Source of the DNA: Bilabrum cf. latius
Taxonomy: Eukaryota
Direction of reading: 5' to 3'
Assembly: GCA_965178125.1 (NCBI GenBank)
Contig: OZ237739.1
Location: 1,550,001 to 1,599,064, forward strand
DNA: 49,064 nucleotides
Part shown: piece after piece, positions 38,606 through 49,064 of the stretch
How positions within the stretch are numbered: position 1 is the stretch's first letter
How the letters are laid out: every line of letters begins with the position of its first letter
Program-made: the position numbers and the translations under genes
The notes under the pieces: model-generated
Databases searched by the model: none
Told to the model about the DNA's origin: nothing
What the model saw: the letters and a program-made list of their open reading frames with translations, nothing else

Positions 38606-38745
38606 AAACCTGCAGATGATTTACGACGTTCGAATTTGATGAGGTTAAGTAGCGTTCAGTTTGGAGTGGCTGTGGCTGACCCAAGTTTTCGTATGCCGCT
38701 TGCAAATAGGGCCACAAGCAAGCCTTCGCTGGCATTCGTCTACAA

Positions 38746-41700
38746 ATGATGAGTGCAGCGATGAAAACAGGCCCAAAAATGAGGCAAGCGTCCATCCGGG
38801 GAATCCAGGATAGGCTCCGAGGGCGCCTGCATCAGAACCGGGTGGGGAGCGGCAGCTTCGTGCTCCTCAATGGAGTTCGCTCTCGAGCAGGCGTGCCACT
38901 GAGAGACATGTTACTATCACTTTACAATATCAGACGGTCGCGAACAGCCACAGAAGCCATTTGGTTCATCCTCTTCATGGCACTCTTCTCAACTGTGACC
39001 TACACGTTGTTTGCTGTTCACGCCGCGTTTCAAACAAATGACGCTATGATCGACCTGTTCCTCGATGAAGAATTCTCAGAGTGAGTGGCCGGATCAATGG
39101 AATCAGTGCTTCAGAATTGGACCTGTGCGCGTGCTCAGCTCCATGTCGCGCTCCCTTCCAAATCCCCTCATGCACGCAGTGCAAACTACAAGAAGAACTT
39201 TTTTGAGGTCATGACGCAAGAAGAGGTAAGATGATTTGCATGTACTGTGCTCATTGCTTGGTACCAATTCGTGGATGGATATATCGTGTCGGCGATAGCT
39301 CCTGATGATAACACCCATTTCCCTCGCAGATGTGGACCTGGCTGTAGGGCCCGCTCCTGAACGGGGCGTACCCTGATTCGTGGTATAATGGAGATGAGCT
39401 TGGCGATGTAAACTCTGGATACCTATTGTACAGCCTGCGACGCGTTGGTGGTGTTCAGCTAAGGCAGCTCCGGGTGTCGAACAACTCGTGCAAGGGCTAC
39501 TAGTCAGACCCGAGGTACTCCAACAGGGACCTGGCTTGCTATCCTGATTTTTCCGAGGGACGACAGAGCAAGGATTCATTCGGTCCAGGAACGGAAGGCT
39601 GGACATGGACAAATGGGCACCATGACCTGAGCGGGCTGTTTGGGTACGGCCCGACGTATGGCACGGGCGGCTTCGTCAGAGTGCTGCCCACAAATCGGAC
39701 AGAAGCGGCGCAGGCGCTGGACGATCTGTTCGCGAATCGATGGACAGACCGGCAGACACGGGCTGTTTCGGTCATGTTCAACGTCTTCAGTCCGGACACC
39801 GGCCTGCTCACGGTGATGCGGGTGCTGTTCGAGTTCTTCCCTTCGGGGCACGTCGTCAAGTCGTTCAAGATCTACTCCATCCGAGTGATACTGTACGAGA
39901 CTGCTCTAGACTACTTTCGGGCCCTGGCAGAACTGTTGCTGTTCGTCGGATGCATCACATACCTGACACAGGAAGCGCTGCAGGCTGCCGTCCTCGGCTT
40001 CAAGTACCTGCTGGAGTTCGGCAACGTCTACGAAGTCGTGCTGCAGGGGACCCTCTTCGGCGCCGTGGCATACTGGACCAGCTACATCGTCCATCCCCAG
40101 CGGCGGGCCTTCACGGTGGACACGGACGAGTTCACGGACTACTACGACATGGGCGAGAAGTTCATCTACGTGTTCACGCTGCTGGGAGTGGTGGGGCTCT
40201 TCCTTGTGCTGAAGCTGTTCAGGTTCTTCGGTCTGTCCAAGCAGGCAACGGCGCTCTGGCAGACGCTGATTCGAGCCACGCCAGACCTGATAGCCTTCGG
40301 CATAGGTTTCTGCGTGCTGATCGGCGGGTTCGCTTTCGTTGCTACCCTGCTGTACGGTCCGACCATTGAGAGCTTCCACAACCTCCCCTCTGCTTTTTCG
40401 TCGCTGCTGCGGTTTGCCCTTGGAGACTTTGACTACCCGGAGCTCAGCAGGGCTCGCCCCGTGGTTACCGGGTGGTTCTTCGCGCTGTACATCGCCTCCA
40501 TCGTGCTGGTTGGCATGAACGTGCTCATCGCCATCGTGACCATGTTCTTCGAGGAAGTCAGCCGAGCACTCGCCACGGATGACCCATGGAAGGCCGGCAT
40601 CCCCAGTCTGGACAAGGTGTTGTTTCAGTCTATCGCCAGCATGTACTAGTCGCTCCGGTCGTACTGCTGCGTGTATTGCATGCCGGAGAGAACCAAGGTG
40701 ATCGCCGACGCTGCGGTAGCAAACCAGAGCAGCGCCTCGAAGTCCCCACCCACAGGCAAGTATGAAGAGCTGCTTGAACAGGCGCTGGATCAGGCGCATG
40801 AATTTCACGGCGAGGATTTATTCGCATGCATGGACCGGCTCTACAAGAGCTCAAAGCAGAACAAGTACATCCCAGGCTCGGAGCTGGCAAGGCTGGTCAA
40901 TGCCCCACCTGCTCTCGCGAAATCGTCCCAGGCGCTGTGCTGCGGTGGGGCCCTTGACGCCTGCATCCGGGCCTCGGCTCGTTGCTTCGGGGCTGGATAT
41001 GCAGGCCGGGACCCCAACCTTGCGGAGAAGATCATCCAGGAGTTCCACCGGACCAAGCACGTATGGCTAGTGCCGGGCGGTGATGAGCAACCCACGAGCG
41101 CCATGCTGGACTTTTACTGCTAGATCCCCGCCGAGGAGCTTGCTGACCTATCCAGGAAAGCTACCACGGAGCGACACGCCACCCGGCTCCAGAGACTCGC
41201 GCGACTGTAGCCTAAGCGAACAGAGCTGTCGTCCCGAGACATCGACACGCGCAAAGTCACGGCCATGGAGTACCCTGAGTTCTTTGCGTTCGTCGCTGGT
41301 GACACGGGAGGTATGGCATTCCGCGTGGTGTAGTTTCGCCGTGTGGAGAGTGCCGTGCTACTCTTTGATCGTTAGGGCAAGCAGCGCGGGAAGCTGGCGG
41401 TGAAAGAGCTCTTGCAAATGGTCGAGAATGACTTCCAAGGCTTGGCCAGGCTTGAAGTCGTGCTGTCACCCGCATTGAACGCCGCGGCAGATGATGCAGG
41501 TCAGTCGCAGCTGGTAGCTGACACGGGTGACAAGAAACTCGTGCTCGACTTCATCTGCGGTAAGAGTGACCGCACTAGGTTCGTCAAGCAGCTGGAGGAC
41601 TTTGTGGGGGGCAGCAGCAGCCGCAAGGGAAGTGAGCCCGAGCTTGCCAGCCCTGGCGCAGCGCCTGCGCAGGCACCCAGGTTCAGCTTTGCTAGCGCAG

Positions 41701-42065
41701 CGATGTCGGTGAGGCAACAGAACCAGCGGTCCGGGGCGGCAGATGCATGCCAAGATGACGCTGATGGGCCTACCTCACCCGCTGCGGGAGCTGACGGGTC
41801 TAGTGCGGAGGGCCCGCCCGCTTCAGGTCTCTCATCAAGTAAAAGCCTGCTCAAGTCTAGACGAGCCTACGATCCCACGGTCGCCAGGGCAGACAGCACG
41901 ACAGGACCCACGGCCTTGCTCCACGCAGCCGAGTTCGAGATGAGCCGGATGAATCCGCTGCAGCCATCCGGCAGCTCGGAATCGATGGGGCCCTCGGCGC
42001 ATTCAGAGGGAGGAACCAAGGACCGTGATGCAGACGCAGATGAGGATGAAGAAGGGTAGCATTGA
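38746..42065 (+). CDS. Polycystin-2 (PKD2/TRPP)-like cation channel with long C-terminal extension; 2 introns
   Basis: WTWL*GPLLNG, GGVQLRQLRVSNNSC, YGTGGF, WTDRQTRAV, LLRFALGDFDY, MNVLIAIV. Introns 39081-39179 and 39226-39329; 8 TAG; TGA at 42063. Confidence 0.88.
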
Positions 42066-42193
42066 AGAAGCAGATTCATGAACGCTTGTGGCACGACGGC
42101 AAATCGACTGCTTGCACGCACCAATTACAGGTCGGGCCGTGCAGGCATGTCACTTCTGAGTTTGAGTCCATACATGTGTTGTGTCACTCGATA

Positions 42194-42867
42194 TCATGTT
42201 CGCCTACCACCCCTACCACCACCACGATGCCTACCCCCTCCACCACGTCCACCGCCGCGTCCGCCGCCGCGCCCGCCTCGACCACCTCCGCGCCCACCCC
42301 GGCCCCGACCACCTCCCCTGTGCCCTCCACGGCTTCCACCCCGGCCACGACCACGGCCACGACCACGGCCACTTTCTGCCCACTTCGCTTCATAGTCAGC
42401 CGCTGACTCCAGCGATTCGTCCGGTACACGAATGCTCTTGACGACGTTCCCGCGGACGTAGACTTCTTCAGCCTTTCGAAAGGTTTGCCCATCACGAGAC
42501 GTCACTACAGCAGTTTTGAGAACAAGATTCATCCATGCATCGCATCGAACCAAAATCCCATTCCATGTTTCTCCACTTTTCAATTCAACTAGCTGCGGAC
42601 TGAATGGCGAGTTTGATCAGAAAGCACTGTAGGGGATTCTGTCAGATGGTGCGCCGCAATCTTCAGGACACTGAAACTCACTATACCTTTTCCCTATGAC
42701 GCTCGAAGCAGCGACAGAGGAAGCTGCGAGCGATTGAATGTTCCAAAAGGGTGCACCCGGCAACCAGTGGTAGTTTGTAGCTCATTGAAGAGGATTGGCG
42801 CCCAGCATTCAGGCATGGACGCACCGCACGACAAATTATCTCTGTAGTCCATAAAAAATCTTACCAT
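42194..42867 (-). CDS. LSM4: U6 snRNA-associated Sm-like protein LSm4 with RGG tail; 2 introns
   Basis: ATG | intron 42864-42724 | LPLSLLRAS*GKGI | intron 42681-42593 | LVELKSGETWNG..CDAWMN...YVRGNVVKSIRVPD, then RG repeats; TGA stop. Confidence 0.92.
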
Positions 42868-43001
42868 TCTGCAGTTCTGTGGCAAAGATGGTGTTTTGGT
42901 TGCAGCCCTTTTGGCACGGTATAAACTCTGGTATATATTGCTGCAACAGGAACAACGTGCATTTTCTTCCACTCTTTGGTGAACTTCATCAGAGTGCATC
43001 G

Positions 43002-44816
43002 ATGGCAGGTGCTGCAGGAAGTTCTCAGGATGCGGCCGGAGAGCCTTGGAAGGAAAAGCACTTTGATTACTTGGTAATTGGTGGAGGCAGCGGTGAGTAG
43101 CGAACGTGGCGACGTGGCATTCTAATCACCGGAAGATATAGATGAACAATCCACCTCGTTCCGACTACTTATTGCACTATGTTTTCGTTTGGATCCCGAA
43201 CTTGCACTTCTGAGTTTCGTAGCTGGGTGCAGCAGCGCGAGAAGGGCTGCAGCGTACGGGGCGAAGGTATGCCTCGTCGAGTCTGCCGGCAAGTTGGGTG
43301 GAACTTGCGTTAACGTTGGATGTGTGCCCAAGAAGATCATGTTCAACGCCGGAAGCCTTATTGAGACTGCGCATGGTCTTGGCGCGTTCTGTTTTGAGGG
43401 CGAGGCCGTCGACAAGATCGAATCCGCAAAGCTTAACTGGGCGAAGATGAGAGCCAAGCGCGACAAATACATTGAGCGATTGAACGGCATCTACGCAAGA
43501 ATGCAGGGCCGTAGTGGTGTTGAAGTCGTCCTAGGCACTGCCGAGTTCACCGGGCCGAAGACCGTGTCTGTGAAGGAGACCGGGCAGACCATCACGGCGG
43601 ACCACGTGCTCATCGGCGTCGGTGGGTACCCCAGGCCCCTACCGGCCACCTGCCCGGGCGCAGCACTAGCCATTGACTCGGATGGATTCTTCGAGATCGA
43701 GTCAAACCCGAGGAAGGTCGCAGTGATCGGGGCCGGCTACATCGCCTGCGAAATGGCCGGCATCTTCGCGGCCCTGGGCGTGGAGGTGCATCTGTTCGTG
43801 CGCTCGGGGGTCATGTCTTACTTTGACCCCATGCTGCGCAAGGAACTCAAGGCAGCCATGCGCAAGAGTGAGTTAGGGCGAACCTCGCTGTAGACCACCC
43901 GGTTTCGTTGCAGCCTACCGATGACTGACATGTGTGTCTAGTGCAGCACACGGCCCGACCATGACTCCCATCACCCGGAACTATTCCATCCTCTCCCCAC
44001 CCTGCAGACGGCATCAAGGTGTACTGCAACACGCTGCTGAGGAGCATCGAGGCAGAGAGCGAGGGGGCCACCGCGCTCTCGGGCACCAAGACGGTCAAGT
44101 ACGGCCCCAGCGGGGAGAGCTTCCCGGGCACTGAGGAGGAGGAGGCCATGAAGGAGGGCGCCGAGGGCGGCTTCGACGTGGTGCTGGCGGCAATCGGGCG
44201 AGTGCCGCACACCGCCCGCCTGGGCCTGGACAAGGCGGGTGTGACGATGACTGGCTCGGGCCACGTGGAAGTGGACGATGACAGCAGTACGTCGGCGGAG
44301 GGCGTGTACGCAGTGGGCGATGTGATCGGCAAGGCAGACCTCACGCCCGCCGCCATCATGGCGGGTCGCGTGCTGGCAGACCACCTGTTCGGTCCTGCTC
44401 CGCGCAAGGAGCGCAAGCCGGACTACGATGCTATCCCCACGGCCGTGTTCACGCATCCTCCCATGGGTGCGTGTGGGCTCACCGAGCCTCAGGCCGAGGA
44501 GAAGTACGGCAAGGAGAACCTGACCGTGTACACGAGCCGGTTCACGAACCTGTACTACGCCCCCTACGACCACTTGGAGCCTGCAGACAAGCCCAAGACG
44601 GCCATGAAGGTCATCTGCACCGGTGAGGACGAGCGCGTGGTGGGCATCCACATGATTGGCATGGCCGTGGACGAAATCCTCCAGGGTTTCGGCGTGGCGA
44701 TGAAGATGGGGTGCACCAAGGCAGACCTGGACAGGTGCGTGGCAATCCATCCGACGGCTGCGGAGGAACTGGTCACCATGGCCCCATGGGGAGGGTCCAA
44801 GAAGGATGACAAGTGA
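43002..44816 (+). CDS. GSR: Glutathione reductase; 2 introns
   Basis: FDYLVIGGGS, GGTCVNVGCVPKK, GAGYIACE, IPTAVFTHP, AIHPTAAEELVT. Introns 43093-43222 and 43868-44007; no in-frame TAG; TGA stop. Confidence 0.95.
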
Positions 44817-44982
44817 TGGATTGGGCGTATTGTTCGTTTTTCACGTAGTCCAGCCGTGAAATGCGTCTGCAAGCCAGTTTGGAACTGAAAAGTACTTCAT
44901 CAAGACTTGATCCGGATGTTATTTTCAGCTGATTCTTAATTGTCGTGTGCCTGTACGGCCTTCTGTGATAAACTAGCAGTAC

Positions 44983-45190
44983 GCCTACGCACTGCTCCAC
45001 ACGCCCCTCTGCCCCATCCGCCGCCCCTGCAGGACGCCTGCACACTGCTCCACACGCCCCTCTGCCCCATCCGCCGCCCCTGCAGGACGCCTACGCACTG
45101 CTCCACACGCCCCTCTGCCCCATCCGCCGCCCCTGCAGGACGCCTGCACACTGCTCCACACGCACTTCTGCCCCATCCGCCGCCCCTGCC
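44983..45190. repeat. Subtelomeric 53-bp tandem repeat x4 (alternating variants forming a 106-bp dimer)
   Basis: Units start at 44983, 45036, 45089 and 45142, alternating gcctacgcac / gcctgcacac. Confidence 0.92.
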
Positions 45191-45370
45191 TTTAGGGTTA
45201 GGGTATCTATTATAAAGTCAGGGACAGGGTAGGGGAATCAATATTTTCATCTTCATTATATGTCGAATTTTCGCGGATTGAGATCTCGGCAACTACAGGT
45301 GATATGAAGATGATTCGAACGGGAATGGGACGGCCTGGGGGCACAACATGGGCCAAATGTTCCCCAGGGT
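45191..45370. repeat. Mini telomeric tract (2 units), conserved junction sequence and a partial divergent 155-bp satellite monomer
   Basis: tttagggttagggt-atctattataaagtcagggacaggg...gatctcggcaactacaggtgatatgaaga...gggccaaatgttccccagg. Confidence 0.85.
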
Positions 45371-46450
45371 TTAGGGTTAGGTTAGGGTTAGGGTTAGGGT
45401 TAGGGTTAGGGTTAGGGTTAGGGTTAGGGTTAGGGTTAGGGTTAGGGTTAGGGTTAGGGTTAGGGTTAGGGTTAGGGTTAGGGTTAGGGTTAGGGTTAGG
45501 GTTAGGGTTAGGGTTAGGGTTAGGGTTAGGGTTAGGGTTAGGGTTAGGGTTAGGGTTAGGGTTAGGGTTAGGGTTAGGGTTAGGGTTAGGGTTAGGGTTA
45601 GGGTTAGGGTTAGGGTTAGGGTTAGGGTTAGGGTTAGGGTTAGGGTTAGGGTTAGGGTTAGGGTTAGGGTTAGGGTTAGGGTTAGGGTTAGGGTTAGGGT
45701 TAGGGTTAGGGTTAGGGTTAGGGTTAGGGTTAGGGTTAGGGTTAGGGTTAGGGTTAGGGTTAGGGTTAGGGTTAGGGTTAGGGTTAGGGTTAGGGTTAGG
45801 GTTAGGGTTAGGGTTAGGGTTAGGGTTAGGGTTAGGGTTAGGGTTAGGGTTAGGGTTAGGGTTAGGGTTAGGGTTAGGGTTAGGGTTAGGGTTAGGGTTA
45901 GGGTTAGGGTTAGGGTTAGGGTTAGGGTTAGGGTTAGGGTTAGGGTTAGGGTTAGGGTTAGGGTTAGGGTTAGGGTTAGGGTTAGGGTTAGGGTTAGGGT
46001 TAGGGTTAGGGTTAGGGTTAGGGTTAGGGTTAGGGTTAGGGTTAGGGTTAGGGTTAGGGTTAGGGTTAGGGTTAGGGTTAGGGTTAGGGTTAGGGTTAGG
46101 GTTAGGGTTAGGGTTAGGGTTAGGGTTAGGGTTAGGGTTAGGGTTAGGGTTAGGGTTAGGGTTAGGGTTAGGGTTAGGGTTAGGGTTAGGGTTAGGGTTA
46201 GGGTTAGGGTTAGGGTTAGGGTTAGGGTTAGGGTTAGGGTTAGGGTTAGGGTTAGGGTTAGGGTTAGGGTTAGGGTTAGGGTTAGGGTTAGGGTTAGGGT
46301 TAGGGTTAGGGTTAGGGTTAGGGTTAGGGTTAGGGTTAGGGTTAGGGTTAGGGTTAGGGTTAGGGTTAGGGTTAGGGTTAGGGTTAGGGTTAGGGTTAGG
46401 GTTAGGGTTAGGGTTAGGGTTAGGGTTAGGGTTAGGGTTAGGGTTAGGGT
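45371..46450 (+). repeat. Telomeric (TTAGGG)n array 1, ~1.08 kb, internal
   Basis: Near-perfect TTAGGG hexamers with the G-strand on +. Confidence 0.99.
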
Positions 46451-46511
46451 ATCTAATATAAAGTCAGGGACAGGGTCGGGGAAAAAATATTTTCATCTTC
46501 ACTTTTTGTCA

Positions 46512-47270
46512 AAAATATGCAACATAGGATCTCGGCAACCACAGGAGATATGAAGACCGTTGAAACTGCATTGGGACGGCCTAGGTGCACAACATTGGCC
46601 AAATGTTCCCCAGGTTCCGTTTCTGCCGCGCGGCGCCAATATGGTCCAATGAAGATTTGCATGCTGAAAATATGCAACATAGGATCTCGGTAACCACAGG
46701 AGATATGAAGACCGTTGAAACTGCATTGGGACGGCCTAGGTGCACAACATTGGCCAAATGTTCCCCAGGTTCCGTTTCTGCCGCGCGGCGCCAATATGGG
46801 CCAATGAAGATTTGCATGCTGAAAATATGCAACATAGGATCTCGGCAACCACAGCAGATATGAAGACCGTTGAAACTGCATTGGGACGGCCTAGGTGCAC
46901 AACATTGGCCAAATGTTCCCCAGGTTCCGTTTCTGCCGCGCGGCGCCAATATGGTCCAATGAAGATTTGCATGCTGAAAATATGCAACATAGGATCTCGG
47001 CAACCACAGGAGATATGAAGACCGTTGAAACTGCATTGGGACGGCCTAGGTGCACAACATTGGCCAAATGTTCCCCAGGTTCCGTTTCTGCCGCGCGGCG
47101 CCAATATGGGCCAATGAAGATTTGCATGCTGAAAATATGCAACATAGGATCTCGGCAACCACAGGAGATATGAAGACCGTTGAAACTGCATTGGGACGGC
47201 CTAGGTGCACAACATTGGCCAAATGTTCCCCAGGTTCCGTTTCTGCCGCGCGGCGCCAATATGGGCCAAT
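46512..47270. repeat. 155-bp telomere-associated satellite, variant A, ~4.9 copies
   Basis: Exact 155-bp period; unit contains aaaatatgcaacataggatctcggcaaccacagg...cctaggtgcacaacattggccaaatgttccccagg. Confidence 0.95.
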
Positions 47271-47586
47271 GGTGAAGTTGATGTCTACATGAATTGCGTT
47301 GTTTGTGTATTGAAAGTATTGGTGGAGATGGCATTGCATTTGATTTATGGATTGTTTTGATATGAGGTACTGATTGGCTTACAGTCAAGACAAAGGGTTG
47401 GGCTAACCGAAACCCTCATACTGCGTCCTAACGGGTCACTGGCAGACACATTGGCAAACCCCTCTCACAAGCTGGCCCAGCAGCCACTGATCTCATGTGC
47501 CATTCTTCTGGCTGGCTCTCACTTCGCCTGGCTGCTTTTCACTCGTCATCGGAGGAGGGTTCCGCACCGACAGCTTGGTAGTAGGT

Positions 47587-47980
47587 TTAGGGTTAGGGTT
47601 AGGTTAGGGTTAGGGTTAGGGTTAGAGTTTTTTAGGGTTAGGGTTAGGGTTAGGGTTAGGGTTAGGGTTAGGGTTAGGGTTAGGGTTAGGGTTAGGGTTA
47701 GGGTTAGGGTTAGGGTTAGGGTTAGGGTTAGGGTTAGGGTTAGGGTTAGGGTTAGGGTTAGGGTTAGGGTTAGGGTTAGGGTTAGGGTTAGGGTTAGGGT
47801 TAGGGTTAGGGTTAGGGTTAGGGTTAGGGTTAGGGTTAGGGTTAGGGTTAGGGTTAGGGTTAGGGTTAGGGTTAGGGTTAGGGTTAGGGTTAGGGTTAGG
47901 GTTAGGGTTAGGGTTAGGGTTAGGGTTAGGGTTAGGGTTAGGGTTAGGGTTAGGGTTAGGGTTAGGGTTAGGGTTAGGGT
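47587..47980 (+). repeat. Telomeric (TTAGGG)n array 2, ~0.39 kb, internal, with degenerate start
   Basis: TTAGGG hexamers; ttagg and ttagagtttttt variants at the proximal end. Confidence 0.98.
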
Positions 47981-48039
47981 ATCTAATATAAAGTCAGGGA
48001 CAGGGTCGGGGAAAAAATATTTTCATCTTCAATATTTGT

Positions 48040-48598
48040 CGAAAAACGACGTGCTACGATCTCGGCAACTACAGGTGATATGAAGACCGTTCAAACTGCA
48101 TCGGGACGGCCTGGGGGCACAACATGGGCCAAATGTTCCCCAGGTTCCGTTCTGGCCGCGCGGCGCCGATATGGGTGTATGAAGAATTTCACACCGAAAA
48201 ACGACGTGCTACGATCTCGGCAACTACAGGTGATATGAAGACCGTTCAAACTGCATCGGGACGGCCTGGGGGCACAACATGGGCCAAATGTTCCGCAGGT
48301 TCCGTTCTGGCCGCGCGGCGCCGATATGGGTGTATGAAGAATTTCACACCGAAAAACGACGTGCTACGATCTCGGCAACTACAGGTGATATGAAGACCGT
48401 TCAAACTGCATCGGGACGGCCTGGGGGCACAACATGGGCCAAATGTTCCCCAGGTTCCGTTCTGGCCGCGCGGCGCCGATATGGGTGTATGAAGAATTTC
48501 ACACCGAAAAACGACGTGCTACGATCTCGGCAACTACAGGTGATATGAAGACCGTTCAAACTGCATCGGGACGGCCTGGGGGCACAACATGGGCCAAA
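48040..48598. repeat. 155-bp telomere-associated satellite, variant B, ~3.6 copies
   Basis: 155-bp period; homologous to variant A (gatctcggcaac, gatatgaagaccgtt, gggacggcct, gccgcgcggcgcc) but with consistent differences. Confidence 0.95.
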
Positions 48599-49064
48599 GG
48601 GTTAGGGTTAGGGTTAGGGTTAGGGTTAGGGTTAGGGTTAGGGTTAGGGTTAGGGTTAGGGTTAGGGTTAGGGTTAGGGTTAGGGTTAGGGTTAGGGTTA
48701 GGGTTAGGGTTAGGGCTAGGGTTAGGGTTAGGGTTAGGGTTAGGGTTAGGGTTAGGGTTAGGGTTAGGGTTAGGGTTAGGGTTAGGGTTAGGGTTAGGGT
48801 TAGGGTTAGGGTTAGGGTTAGGGTTAGGGTTAGGGTTAGGGTTAGGGTTAGGGTTAGGGTTAGGGTTAGGGTTAGGGTTAGGGTTAGGGTTAGGGTTAGG
48901 GTTAGGGTTAGGGTTAGGGTTAGGGTTAGGGTTAGGGTTAGGGTTAGGGTTAGGGTTAGGGTTAGGGTTAGGGTTAGGGTTAGGGTTAGGGTTAGGGTTA
49001 GGGTTAGGGTTAGGGTTAGGGTTAGGGTTAGGGTTAGGGTTAGGGTTAGGGTTAGGGTTAGGGT
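48599..49064 (+). repeat. Telomeric (TTAGGG)n array 3, running to the window end; probable terminal telomere
   Basis: TTAGGG hexamers to the last base, oriented as expected for a right chromosome end. Confidence 0.97.

Noticed and set aside
45304-48548. ORFs in the telomeric and satellite region (poly-LG, poly-RV, repeated 80-165 aa ORFs)
   Set aside because: These are translation artefacts of TTAGGG and 155-bp repeats.

Overview
This is a GC-rich, gene-dense eukaryotic (protist-like) chromosome end. I read 21 protein-coding genes, some with short GT-AG introns, running to within ~400 bp of a compound telomere (TTAGGG arrays interleaved with 155-bp satellites). The main result is a non-standard nuclear genetic code. 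About 75 in-frame TAG codons (hand count) interrupt 17 of the 21 genes, with no in-frame TAA or TGA. TAG falls at conserved Gln positions: the kinesin P-loop FAYG[TAG]TGSGKT, Rab2 EAR[TAG]H, LSm4 LLRAS[TAG]G and methyltransferase GCGTG[TAG]. Genes end in TGA (19) or TAA (2), and Rab2 ends CC-TAA, so the inferred code is UAG=Gln with UAA and UGA as stops. Reading TAG as Gln joins the fragmented ORF track into full genes, including an unusual kinesin/alpha-beta-hydrolase/RING/YEATS fusion, PEX5, a WASP-like protein, a 1.4-kaa membrane lipase, an AP2-PHD protein and a PKD2 channel. GTP cyclohydrolase I and a PTPS-III-type enzyme lie close together with two MFS transporters. The taxon (stramenopile/bicosoecid-like) is only an impression and cannot be confirmed from this window.
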